From: Tubiluchus corallicola
Taxonomy: Eukaryota; Animalia; Priapulida
DNA: 64,000 nucleotides
NCBI GenBank assembly: GCA_030141605.1
Contig: JAQGDQ010001074.1
Location: forward strand, 966 to 64,965
Direction of reading: 5' to 3'
Shown here one piece after another: positions 51,895-64,000 of the stretch; positions within the stretch are counted from its first letter, which is position 1, and every line of letters begins with the position of its first letter. The translations under genes and the position numbers were made by a program. The notes under the pieces are model-generated. The model made no database searches. It had not been told where the DNA came from and saw nothing but the letters and a program-made list of their open reading frames with translations.

Positions 51895-53585
51895 GAATGT
51901 TGAACGTTAGTTTTCGATGCTGTTAACGAAAGCCTTCGTGTTTGTACCACTTTAAGTTATAATTTATGTTGATTATTAGCGGTATTATAGTTTTTTGCGC
52001 TTCATTTTGTGCCAATTTTAATATTTTCAATTCTATATTAATTTGCACTGAAAGTCATTACACTTTGGATTTATCTTTAAGATTTGCTTTGTTTTTTCTT
52101 TCAGATACTTAACAAAGAAAGCTTACTACGTTGTGTTAACCAATTAGACCAAATTGGAATCGGGCAGAATGAAATCGGACAGAATAACATTACTGGGTCC
52201 TATAGCAGGCCAAGTGTGTCGTTCAGCGTTACTATACAGATAAATATATAGATTTCTAAATTAAACTATATTTTAAAAATTTACAGAATAAAAATTTCTG
52301 TGGAAGAGGAAGCAATGACCAGTAGTTACCAGGCTATAACGTGTTTCATGATTTAACTGAAATCTTCGCATGACGTCCCAATATCAAAGATGTTAGTTAG
52401 CTCTAGTGGTTATTTCAATTAAGACTAGCTATGGGCGTCACTTCTACTGATATTCTAACCAACTTTGCTGAGGGGGTTCATGATTGTTGGGGTCTAGGAA
52501 CAAAATTGTCTCTTGTATATAAGTTATTTGTCATAGTTAGAATGGAAGTAAAGTTTGGTCTAGTCTGCTAAGATTGTCTATCATACGACATTTTTCTAAA
52601 AAAATCTCTTTAAAAACCTCTAAGAGCATTTTTATCACCTAATGTATACTGCAATTTTCTGCAGACTAAAACTATCAGAGCATAGTGTTTGTCGAGGTCT
52701 GTGACATACTATTTATTGTTAATTGATCAAAACAGGTAGTATTTACTATAACTTCGCATTTATGGGGGCGTGTACAGGTTATTATCTAAAATAGGCCTAT
52801 TAAATTTATTTAGCAAATATGTTAAAATTATTGTGTTAATACAGTGTACAATATTTTGCGCTTTGTGCTACAACATCAATATTACACATAATAATATATT
52901 ATAATTTACACATAACAATTGTTATCCTGTTGTGTTTATTATTTTTGTGGGATTGTACGACTGCTGTACAAATAAGATGTTAATTGTTAAACGTCTATTT
53001 GAATTTGAATTTTTAGTAGTTCGATTCGTTGGCTGTTCCTTATCTAAGCTTAGATGAGGAACAAAAATAGATTCTAGTTGCAAAAGAAAAGACAATATGC
53101 AATGCACAATTTCCTGAATGAAATTATGAATAATAAATAACGAATAAAATTCATAGCCCTAATGAATAATGAATTAAAGATTAGTTCCACGTGGCCGTGT
53201 TGGCAACAGGTGTCGTACATCTGATACAGTGCATTATCACACAAAGCAAATTGACGTTTCAATAAGCGCGCTATATTACACTACTTTTATTTTGTGATTC
53301 CACTGTGTGGATTTTGTTGTCATTTTTTTACTTAATCCGTTTGCGTTTGTTCACACAAAGTCGCATTTTGAAATTATTCAGATAACTCTAACAAATTGCA
53401 AGACATGTCACTGGCAGAAGAAGTTCTAACATCATTGTACCTGTAAACCTTAGAATAAATTTCCAAAACTTTGAGAATAGCTGCATAAAGCAAAACCGAA
53501 CAAAAATATTAGGTATCACGCATTCTAAGTGAATACTTTCTGAGCACGTTTGCCAACGTAGTAATTGTCATTGAAACATCAGATA

Positions 53586-53971
53586 ATGAATCTAATGAAG
53601 AACCACTTTATGACGATGATGCAGAGACATTGCTCTTACCTTGGGATAGTGTTTCTAACAATTGTCATCGAAAATAGTTATGGTCATGGTGGTAAACCCA
53701 AGTTTAATAGCTTCATGTTTTTCCTTCCTGCTCATGAGGAGATGTGTTTCTACGAGGATTTTAAATTACCACGAACATACATCTTGGAATTTAAGGTCAG
53801 AATTTATAATGTTATTTTCGAAATTGCGATAATGGTGCACTGCTAATAATTGATGATGACCATGATGACGACGATGATGACGATAACGATGACATTGATG
53901 ACGACGACGACGATGGTGATGACGATGATGACGATTATGATAATGATGACGATGATGCTGATGATGATGCC

Positions 53972-54017
<46 letters not shown>

Positions 54018-56330
54018 GCGACGACACGATAACGGAGATAAATAGTTACACATAATAACAATAATGGTTGTATGCTGACAATGCATGTATATACCTTGAA
54101 GATAACCACAACTATGAGAAGGATTATCATGACGATAATAACATTGGTAGTAATGAGTGTAACACTGCACAATGCGGATCACATTCGGGCCGAGTTATGT
54201 GTAGATGAAAGAGGAGACAGAGAACACTCTCAGGGTAAAGGAGATGGAAAGGGAAGGCATTGAACAGAAGTAAATGGATGAAGTTACTGAAGCAAACGTA
54301 ATAATAAACGTAATAAGCAAAAGTAATGATAAGTATTATAATGGTAATTAGACTTAAGTAAGTAAGTAAGTAAAGTAAGTAAATAATTTATTTGTCTCAA
54401 ATAATTTTTACAAAATGAAAATAAGCAAAAGCAAAAAACTATAATAAAGATGGAAAACAGACGGCATGGCGAAAAGACCAACGGTCATCAGGTGAGCAAC
54501 CCCTACCCAAATTTTAAAAAAAAATTAAGTGACCTGTCAAGTGGGTACGTACAAATGAATAATAATCAGTAACTTGGTAAACATTGAGACAACAAATTGC
54601 AATGATTTTGAATTTAGAAACAGTAAATACATAAGGCAGATGAGATGAGATAAACTTTAAATTAGCAAACAAAACCAATTTTAAATTTGAATCATGAGAC
54701 TAAATCCAACTCAACAAAAACAAAACTAAAAATTGAATATAAATCAAGAAACTCAATCCAACAGTTGAGCCAAAGAAGAAAAATGAAGGAATGTCAAACC
54801 ATGAAAATTGTAAATCATCACCAAGTCAAGCACCCCTATCTTTATTAGAGGCAATTATATGACCTGACAAAGTATAAACAAGGAAATAATAATCAACATT
54901 TTGAAAATAAGAAGAAAAATAAGATGATAACTAGGGAAAAATTAACATAATGAATTTAAACGAGTTCATAATTTAAGTGGCAATAATAAATATGGCAAAT
55001 GGGATGAAACAATATTTAAATTAACAAATAAAACAAAAATTTGAATTTAACAAAAGAGACGGAATCTGTAGGAATAACCAAAGAAAAAACTGTAGCAATA
55101 TCAAACTATGAAAATTGTAAATTCGTTAAACTAACTATAACTCCGGTAAAAATAAAGAAAACGGATCAGTGATCAAACAATAAGAATTCTGCTGATTTTT
55201 TTCAGACTATGTGAACCCACAGTGGAATTTAGATGAATTACGACTTGAAAAGACAATTTAATTTGTTACTAGTCGCTGCTCTTATGTAACATTTGTGATG
55301 ACGAAGGGAAACAATATAGCGTCCTAAACGACTATTTAGTATCCAGTGAAGGTCAGGTATCAGGGACTTGTAATTCTTGATAATATTAAAGCCTACTGCA
55401 TCATCAGCGCAATAATTGCCGCAACTGATCATGATCTGTTAACGCCATTTGAGGTAAACCTAATTATCTTCAGCTGACTGAAAGACGCATTAACAATCAA
55501 AAAGAATCGACGACGCATTAACAATCAATCCAAACCAAAAATGCTTATTGCGAGTTTAGGTGACAGTAGCAACATAGCCCTATATAGTGACAACAACATA
55601 TATACTGTTGTTCGCCGATCGTCTTACTACCCGTGAATGGCAGAATAAACTGAAACAACTTTATAACTGAGCTACATTTTTCATAGCGTTTAACCCAGAA
55701 GCAAATTGCAAATGATTCCTTTGGTTTGACTTCGTCAGTATCACGTCAGCATAATGTAATGCTCTCTAAAAAGCATTTAATTTTCAGGTTGTACATGGTG
55801 GCGAGTATGACGTTGACATGGTTCTAAAATCGCCAAAGGGAACAATCATGTACGAAAGGGAGGATGCACATGCTGGAAGGCATCAGTTCGAATCAGGTGT
55901 AGGCGTGCACTCATTTTGTTTCCGGAATGAATTCGCCAAGGTTGCTGACAAGAAAATTTTCTTACGTTTGTCAGGCGCTGTCCATCCATCTCTGGACGAA
56001 GAAGCAGGAACGGGACCAAGAGTTCACACACGTATGGAGTCTAGCGTCGAAGATATTCACCAACAGATGGAACTCATGCAGCAACTTCAAAGAGATTATA
56101 TGTTAACAGAAGCAGTAGACCGCAGTTTTGCTGAGGATCTGAGGGAAAGAGTTATGCTTTGGTCAGCATGTCAAGCTGCTGTTGTTTTGGTCATCATGGT
56201 TGTCCAGACATTGGTACTTAAGCACTTTTTCACTCCACGCAGGAAAAAGAATGAAATCGCAAATGTGCTTAAAACCGACGTGTCATTGTGTAACCAGGAG
56301 CTCTGTATTAATGATATTGACGGAATTTAG
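53586..56330 (+). CDS. p24/TMED (emp24/gp25L) GOLD-domain cargo receptor, TMED3/TMED7-like gamma subfamily
   Basis: Exons 53586-53795 and 55788-56330 (phase 0). Signal peptide, FFLPAHEEMCFYE, LEFKVVHGGEYDVDMVLKSPKG, HSFCFRNEF, coiled coil, RVMLWS, TM helix and LKHFF. The start could be any of several nearby ATGs. Confidence 0.92.
53850..54026. repeat. (GAT/GAC)n trinucleotide microsatellite in the TMED intron
   Basis: Directly visible; it explains the poly-Met, poly-His and poly-Ile ORFs at this position. Confidence 0.95.
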
Positions 56331-56770
56331 TACCAAAAATGCACATCACTATTACTGAGTGCTGGCTTCAATATTAATAATGAACTTAAAAATCCATTTT
56401 CAAGTTGCATGTTTTAATAAAATTATAGAACTACTTGCCTTTATCGAATATATTTGGAGACGTCCAGATTATGAAGTATTCTACGTTTCTCCAATATGAT
56501 GTAAGAGAACTTCGATAAACTTGCGAATAATAACATCAGAGAACACCTTTTTAACTGTATCATTACACTACTATGTGCAAGAGTTATGTGTTAAACCCAG
56601 CGTCTGAAGTTCAAATCCCGACTTAGAACTTTTTCTGTTTTCAGTAAATAAACACGCAAATTAAAGGTGTCTTTGACTCACAAATTGCATGATATTTAAT
56701 TTATGTTTCCTCTTTGCGAACTCCACTCACACATTGACTAACTAGCCAAGCTTGCTTTCGTCTGCGAAAC

Positions 56771-57250
56771 TGCTGTTTTGGTTGTCATGGTTATGTAGAC
56801 AATAGTACATTACCCCTTTTTCACTCCACACAGAAAAAGATTCAAATACGCACGGTGGCTTTAGTTACCTATGCAGTCTATACAAACTAATATTGAATAA
56901 TGAATAATATATCAGTACTATTAATGAACCTTAAATCAGTTTTCAAGCAATACGTTTTAATAAAATTGTTGGGACCACTTTTTTTATTGGACAGATTAGG
57001 AAAAGTTCGGATATGAAGTATCCGAAGGTTCTCCACTGTGACATACAAGTGCTTAAGTAAAGCAACGTATAAAACCGAGAACACTTTTTCAATTGCATCA
57101 GTAAGCTACTGCGGGTAAGAGTTTTGTGTTTGTTACACCCTGCTTCACTTGTACATTAAAGCCATTATCTTAAGTTTATCACAATAGACCTCTTTGGCTT
57201 TTTTGTTGACTTTGTCAGTAAATAAGCGCCTAAATTTAATATCTCGGGAC
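56771..57250 (+). pseudogene. Decayed duplicate of the TMED 3' end (TM-coding segment and 3' UTR)
   Basis: TGCTGTTTTGGTTGTCATGGTTATGTAGACAATAGTAC...TTTTTCACTCCACACAGAAAAAGA aligns with 56177-56250, with CAG changed to a TAG stop. The similarity continues (GTTTTAATAAAATT, GAGAACAC, AAGAGTTxTGTGTT, TCAGTAAATAA) to ~56680 and ~57250. Confidence 0.75.
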
Positions 57251-57557
57251 ACTAACATTTTTATTTTGGACGATGTTTAATTTTTTTCAATGTTACCATT
57301 TGAAAATCAAACTAATTTTATGGATGCCATATAAATTAGCCCGCCTGTTGCTAATTGTTTATGTATGTACTACGCAAGAAAGATTTCATCCTTTGTATAT
57401 AATTAATAAGACGTATCCAAGGAATTTACCGACCTCATTCATGTTTAATTAGGTTGTCTTAGCTGTGCTTCCAGCCTATTAATCTAATTAAGTAACAAGA
57501 ATTAAGGCTATTGTTAGGATGGAAGAAGATTTAGTGTGAAATCATGTGTTTGCAGCA

Positions 57558-60500
57558 ATGAACCTAAATTTTTATACAGAAATACATCGTCTAAAACAGC
57601 CATCTACAGGTCGCCTTAAGCTACCTGGTGAAACATTCGCTGATGGGAGCGAGATTCCACAACGTCAACCCAGTGCGCCCCCACTTGAGCCGAACGACGA
57701 ACAAAACGCAACGCTAAACTCACGCTTCGTTCTCCATTCTCACACCAATCAACCAGTTACTGTCGCGCCCCAATATGGTACCCGTTACACCCCAACACCC
57801 ATTGTGGTACAAACCATGTCTCACCATCAACCATCCTATTATGGGAATTATTATGGGGCGACAGCTGATGGACAAAATCGTAGAGGCGGTCAACCTGATG
57901 GCGTGCCAGCAGCCTCTATTCCACCACCAGCTCGCTACGGTAACACATGCTTGTAAATTTTCATACCTTTTTTACTTAAAAGTCTTGCTATTTCTTTATA
58001 CATGTATTTAATGTAAGACCTCTGGTTCTCAAGAACTGTACATAATTACAGCCTAAGCAGGAGGCAAATGCCTCAGCAGATACAAAAAAGTATAAATAAG
58101 TGAGTCTCCGTTCAGGGTTAGAATCCCACATTTTAACACGACATGTTTTAACAAAGCCCAATTTTGACCGCCAAACTTGCTCCATGCAGCCATTTAGGTC
58201 ATTTAGCCACAAGTCACTAGTCGTGTTGCAACTTGCTTACAATAATAAATTATAAGTGCTAGGCCGGCATACTATTAATTTATAAGAAAGATAAAATGAT
58301 AATGATACGTCAAGCATGACACACAAGTCACACAAGTGCTGATATTATAGCTATTGTTATATTTTATGAAATGTTGTACTCGCCAAAATTACAGGCCTAA
58401 TAATTTATGGTGATGTTGAATGGATCCATTTTAGTTTCGTATTATTTTAGCAATAAAACATTACCAAAAGACTCAACATTTTGGAACTAGCAAGAGCCTA
58501 GTATGAACGCAAGAATGCCATCAACTAATACTACTATGCGACGTAATATGAATCATGTATAGCAGTTTTTTACATTTGCAGAAAATCCACCCGAACCAAA
58601 AGCAGCAAAAGAAGTTTATCGAAAACCGGCAATAACTAAACAGGTAAATGGAATTACATATTTGTGTGTATGTCTATTATTCATTTCGTCATCACTCATC
58701 TCTTCACAGAATGCAGTGGTAGTGAGTGACAACAGGATCTTAAGATCGAGGAGACGACATATGGAATGTTATAGCTACCTCGTCCCTTATTGGGGGAAGG
58801 GGGAGAACATAATACATGAGAATTTTTGTATCAATTCGAAGTTTTCTAAGCTGTATTCTGTGTTGCATATATTTTTGTGTAAGTTTTCTTTTTTATTATA
58901 ACACCTTTCCTGAATTTCTTATTTCTTTTTAAGGAAGTATATTTAATAATCAATGGATTTGTTAACATTTCAGCCCAGAAAAGCTGAAGTAAAACAAGAA
59001 ATGGATCCTCAATCATGGCTTGGTTTGTCGATTTGTTTGTCGATCGTCACACTGTTCTTCTCAATTTGCTTGCTCCCACTCAGCATAGGAGCAATCGTTT
59101 TGTCATGCAAAGTAAGACATTATTACTAGAACGTAAGCTGACGCACATTGTAAACTAAATAAATATGGCCAGAATAAATATCATCGCGTACACGGCGCCA
59201 TCGGTTAACAAAAATGTAAGGTATTTTTGATCAAGTACATGCTGCTAAAACAATGCAAGGTATTAAAGAGAAAAGCTGATCTCTAGCTTAACCCTGGCCG
59301 ATAGCTAAATGGATCACATAAAATATCGTATATCATATAAAAAGTTTTTCTAAGAAGTCTGCCCCAATGACCAATGACAATGCAGTATGACATCAATGAC
59401 AATTGATGATACAAGGCTGTATAGGTCGCTTATTACCGCGTGAGGTCTATAGTCGAGGCTCGATTTAAATAGCTATTCGTCTGGATGTTGTTCTTGTTGT
59501 TTTTAGGGGGAGCCTTTTTGAAAAGCGTTAAGGCTCCATGGATAGACAGCAATAGACAATCACAAAACTTAACCCGTGTATACTATAACGAATTCTGTAC
59601 CAACTCGTAGATTTCCTATCTGGCATCTTTAATGCAAGATGGCGACAATAAAATTACTTATAGAAAAGCTCCATGCTCTGCCACTTTGTAATAGATCTTT
59701 ACGAAACTTTTGCGAATATACTAGAACGCATTTCGCATCAATCGACGGAATTGGAGTTTTGATTCCCCGTTTTGAATTCAAGGCTATAGCAAAAATGTCA
59801 TTTTTTGAAAATACCTAAGGCTCCGCCGATTCGCAATGCATCATCAGGAAACTTTGCAGAAATATATACCGGAAAAAATTTCGCATCGATTGACGAGTCG
59901 GATTTTTGACCCGCAATTTTGAATTCAAAGTGGCGGCGATAGCGTCGTTTTTAAAAAATCGTAAAGCTCCGCAATTCGTGGCAGAGAAGCTTGTCAGGAA
60001 GCTTTATAGGTTTATACTCGAACCAATCCCGCATCAACATCAAGATGATTTCAAGATGGCGGTGACAACGTCAAATTCCAAAAAAGCCCAAGCCTGAGCC
60101 AATTCGCAACTGATCGTCACGAAACTTTACAAAAATATAGTACAACAAATTCAGCATTAATCGACTGATTCGGATTTCTCATTTGCTATCTTTAATTCAA
60201 GTTCCCGGCATGACATCGCTTTCTGATCCACGATTTTGAGTTCAGCGAGTCCTCCTGCCAGACGTTCGATTCGAACTTGACAGTCTATCGGCTATTTCTC
60301 AAGTTGAACTAAGAAGTCAGAAATAACCCAAACCAGCACTCGAAACTTTGAAACACTTTTGTTCTTGGTGGGGATTGCCGGTCATTTATAAAAAGTAGTG
60401 ATGAAGCTAATGACAGGCCGGTTGCGTAATAACTACATTTCAATTAACCGATGCCACCACTGTGGCAACATTTCGTCAAAAATCTAAGCAATTTTTGTAC

Positions 60501-61694
60501 ATGCAAAGTTCTCTCCAGCCAGAAAACACAAAATATTCTGGTAAACATTAGCGATACGTTCACTTTTTGTTTACTTTGAAAACCAAACGTTCACTGACTC
60601 CTTTCGTTACTTAAACTTATAAAACGCTTCCTGATTTGATTTTATTTTATTTCAGATACCGATTAAAAAATACTATATGATGATTTTAGATGCTTTTGTG
60701 AAGCATCTTTGAATATGTACTATATTTTTGTAAAGTTTCGTGACGATCAGTTGCGAATTGGCTCAGGCTTGGGCTTTTTTGGAATTTGACGTTGTCACCG
60801 CCATCTTGAAATCATCTTGATGTTGATGCGGGATTGGTTCGAGTATAAACCTATAAAGCTTCCTGACAAGCTTCTCTGCCACGAATTGCGGAGCTTTACG
60901 ATTTTTTAAAAACGACGCTATCGCCGCCACTTTGAATTCAAAATTGCGGGTCAAAAATCCAACTCGTCAGTCGATGCGAAATTTCTTCCGGTATAATTGT
61001 GTCATGTTGTCTATAGATTTTGACACAAAACAAAATAATAATTCTATAATAATAATAATAATAAAGTTGCTGTTTTATGTGCATTACAGTCATCTATGAG
61101 AAATATAATAATAATAATAATAATTATTATTATTATTGACTGTAAAGATGACTGTAAAGCACATAAAACAGCAACCCAGTGCTGCGGCTTTGTTTTGTTT
61201 ATGGAAATTACGTTGCTAGAGTACTGTGATTATGAGTATAGGGTTAAAAATTGATAAGAATAGAATACCCTCCTACAGAGGACATTAGCTAAGACATCAA
61301 AGAAAAGTTAGTTTTGGTAGTGTACATTGTCACAACTTGCATGGACTGTCAGATAAACAACTGTATCTGATAGCCATTGGGGCTGCGTAGACATAAACAA
61401 TGTTTTGACCTATGTCTTTGTTGATTAAGCTTAATTACATTATAAAGGTACAAAAATCCAATAAGTGTGCTTTCTTTGCTTTAGGTTCTGGAAGAAAAAC
61501 GCAGAGGTAATAGAAAAGCAGCGAGTGACGCATCAGAGGGCGCATTTTATTTGAATCTCTGGGTAATGGGTATAACTGTTGGCACTGTGGTTATTGCAGG
61601 AATAGTATTTGGTTGGTTCATTTTCGCCAAGTGTTATGTTACGAGAACTGGGATAAAAGTATGTCGAGCGCTACATTTTCCCAGTGCTTATTAA
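57558..61694 (+). CDS. CD225/dispanin family membrane protein (IFITM/PRRT1-like) with a proline-rich N terminus
   Basis: Exons 57558-57939, 58582-58643, 58974-59111 and 61485-61694 join in frame (phases 1,0,0). PQSWLGLSICLSIVTLFFSICLLPLSIGAIVLSCK|VLEEKRRGNRKAASDASEGAFYLNLW followed by a second hydrophobic helix matches the CD225 pattern. The start codon is uncertain. Confidence 0.85.
59865..60995. repeat. Long inverted repeat with 280-bp arms (59865-60144 and 60716-60995) and a 571-bp spacer
   Basis: The arms are reverse complements with about three mismatches by eye, and an identical 63-aa ORF appears on both strands. The left arm is part of a longer element with internal sub-repeats (~59500-60245; GAAACTTT, GATTTTGA, CAAGATGGCG). 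Confidence 0.92.
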
Positions 61695-62496
61695 AATGGA
61701 CCCAACATACTTATCAAGAATTTTTTGCTCCCAATGAAGTGGACCGAAATTTTACATGATGCTAAAAAGCAGCTAAAGTTTTAATTAAGTTGAAAGTGAC
61801 TATTGTCATGCTCCAAATGTTACTATAATACAGCAAATGTATTCACATTCAAATTTGTCTAGTTTATTACCTAGTAATATACATTTAATTTTAGTGATTT
61901 TGTGGTTTCTTTAGGTAGCAACCGATTCTTATCAAATCGGGCACATAACATTTCAATAAAAACATGCAATAAATAACTATCAACTAACTATAAAAGAGAA
62001 TCTGAAAAGTTTTGTTCTTCCTCTAAGATTTGAACACAGGTCTTTTGCATTACAGATAATTTTGTTAGTCATTATGTATAAAACAAAGAAACTTCACTTT
62101 TTTGGAATCAATAGAGGTTTAGAAGCATTTGAGCTTAACACGTCGTAAATACAAAATAAATAACAAATTTAATAACTCTTAAAAATACATCTTTATTAAA
62201 CATGATGCATGCTAGTAGGGTTAATACTGATTTACATAATTACACTTACAAAAGTAAGAAGAACCTTATGGAAGCCACATGATTTTGCTTTACTAATAAA
62301 AATTATCTAAAACTCCTAGGATTAATTTTTAATCAAAAAAAACTTTAGGATCTCGTGATATCAAAAATGTTATCAAGGCATCAAAAGCACTATATCTTAG
62401 GACAAAGAGCTTTTGTTTTTTATCAGAATAAATATTGAAACTACAAGGCAGTACAACAACAAGATTTATGATCGTTACAAAAATACTGGCTTACAT

Positions 62497-63196
62497 CTAT
62501 AGGATATCAGCATTATCGTGCAACATATGAGCAGCAGACTGTATACTGTGTATAACAGATGCTACATATTTGCCCAGGTCTGTTCTTAATTTTTCAACCG
62601 TGTCCTGGTCACTGGCATTTGCAATTTCGTAAAGGAGATCGACGACACCCGGAAAGCGTGAGCCAGAGTAGGTGTCATGAGCGCTTGGTGCATATATCAG
62701 GTGCCTGCAGAAAAAAAACCCTAAAAAGACTAAAAATTTGGACTGAAATTTCATTTTTATCACTGTTAATTAAGTTTCTGAATTGATGTTTGGTCCATAA
62801 ATATTTCACTAAGGATTTTTCTTAATTTAAGTTCACTTTCTAGATAAAAAAGGAAATGACAAAAATCCAGATGCAAATTAATTCTGACAGCATTCTTATA
62901 AACATCCTGAGTACGAAGTCTGCCCTTTTTAACCACTTAAAGTCAAACAATCTCAGCAAACTGACAGCATGACCGGGTGACTATGATCAGTGTGAATAGA
63001 CTATAAAATGTTACTTCTGAGGTCAAGTTAAATTTTTGGCCAAATTGTGGGTAACCGTTTTTGGTGTGAACTGGCTAAGAGTACAAAAGTAAATAAAACT
63101 TGCCTTGTCGTCTGTCTGCCAGGAATACCAAGTGGATCTGTAAATGCCCGTTCCATCTTCATCATCTGATCATTGATTCTGCGCACTGCTAATGGG
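62497..63196 (-). CDS. Glutamate carboxypeptidase II / NAALADase (PSMA-like, peptidase M28B), last two exons; 5'-partial
   Basis: Exon 63196-63104 gives PLAVRRINDQMMKMERAFTDPLGIPGRQTTR and exon 62704-62497 gives HLIYAPSAHDTYSGSRFPGVVDLL...IQSAAHML. This matches the transferrin-receptor-like dimerisation domain of FOLH1/NAALAD2 (NDQLMxLERAFIDPLGLP, RHVIYAPSxHNxYxGxSFPGI). Confidence 0.93.
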
Positions 63197-63336
63197 CTAA
63201 TGAAAATAGTTAATGTTTTCTTTGAATTTAGTAACTACAATGACAATGATACCACTAAATGTGACAACAATGCTTAATTTTGCATCGTTGAGAAAGAATT
63301 GCAGTTTACTAAAAACACACATGTATTCAAACTTCA

Positions 63337-63600
63337 TTGCCCCTTCTCCACAGTGCTCCTTATGAAGATCCCAACCATTTTCTTATACACTGTCCACTTT
63401 ACCAACAAATCTGTATCCAGTATATCTATCCTGTAAATGAACTCACTCGGAACAATATCCAAATACTACTATGTGGCGATATCTCACTTTTGCCTGATTC
63501 TAATAATGCTATAGTATCTGCTGTCATTTCATTTATTATACAAAGTGGGCACTTTAATTAATAAAACTAAATCTATAGTACATTAAAATCTGTGAATTCT
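63337..63600 (+). mobile_element. LINE ORF2 extreme 3' fragment in the GCPII intron
   Basis: EDPNHFLIHCPLY...LLCGD..L....NNAIVSAVISFIIQSGHF* is a typical CR1/L2-group ORF2 C terminus. Confidence 0.75.
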
Positions 63601-64000
63601 ACCTTACAGTGCAAATTATTTATACTTTTGCATTCCCGTGACCCCAACACTTTCGTCTTTCTTTCATTAGCTTCATTATCACTCATTCTATTTTTGCAGC
63701 TTAATATCAACATCAAACACATCACAACTAACTTGTGCTACCTTTTTGCACACCCGCTATTCAAAAAACAAGTTGCATAACTTTCTCAATCTCGCTCTTA
63801 CTTAATGCATAATTAACAGTTCTTGTAATTGTGTGCCTATTAAACCTATAAATGGCGTACCTACTCACTTAAAGACTTTCATATAGGTTATACCTGTTAG
63901 CCAATCAGCATTTGATTAATAGCCCATTCTTTATTTCACTATAAAAGTACTTATGACTGTAATGCTTCTTATCAAATAAAAATATTGTTTAAACTAATGA

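Noticed and set aside
52105-52112. Alternative terminal exon for the ZP-N/EB gene
   Set aside because: It has a good acceptor but also stops after two codons and cannot be distinguished from 51887 without cDNA, so it is not listed separately.
53766-54263. Poly-His, poly-Met and poly-Ile ORFs
   Set aside because: They are translations of the (GAT)n microsatellite in the TMED intron.
59906-60954. Identical 63-aa ORFs on opposite strands
   Set aside because: They are a by-product of the inverted repeat, start at TTG and match no recognisable protein.
1-64000. CRISPR array or prokaryotic defence system
   Set aside because: No regularly spaced repeat-spacer structure and no long intronless ORFs; the sequence is spliceosomal eukaryotic DNA.

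Overview
AT-rich, intron-rich animal (invertebrate) genomic DNA; no rRNA, intact tRNA, CRISPR array or prokaryotic operon is evident. Seven spliced protein-coding loci were reconstructed by hand from splice signals and reading phase. (1) The last two exons of a globin-X-like/neuroglobin-like globin. (2, 3) A tandem pair of five-exon type-II membrane TNF-superfamily ligands (Eiger/EDA/BAFF-like) with furin sites and conserved promoter blocks; the first copy has a 1-bp frameshift in exon 1 and an upstream duplication that doubles a kappaB-like site. (4) A secreted ~232-aa protein combining an isolated ZP-N-like domain with an EB/EGF-like module, largely missed by the ORF track. (5) A p24/TMED cargo receptor with a long cytosolic tail, followed by a decayed copy of its own 3' end. 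(6) A proline-rich CD225/dispanin (IFITM/PRRT1-like) gene with a 280-bp inverted repeat in its last intron. (7) The last two exons of a glutamate carboxypeptidase II/NAALADase-like gene on the minus strand, joined by a GC-AG intron. Introns and intergenic DNA hold LINE fragments, Harbinger-like MITEs, TA-flanked DNA elements, a probable solo LTR and microsatellites. All family assignments come from motif recognition, not from database searches.
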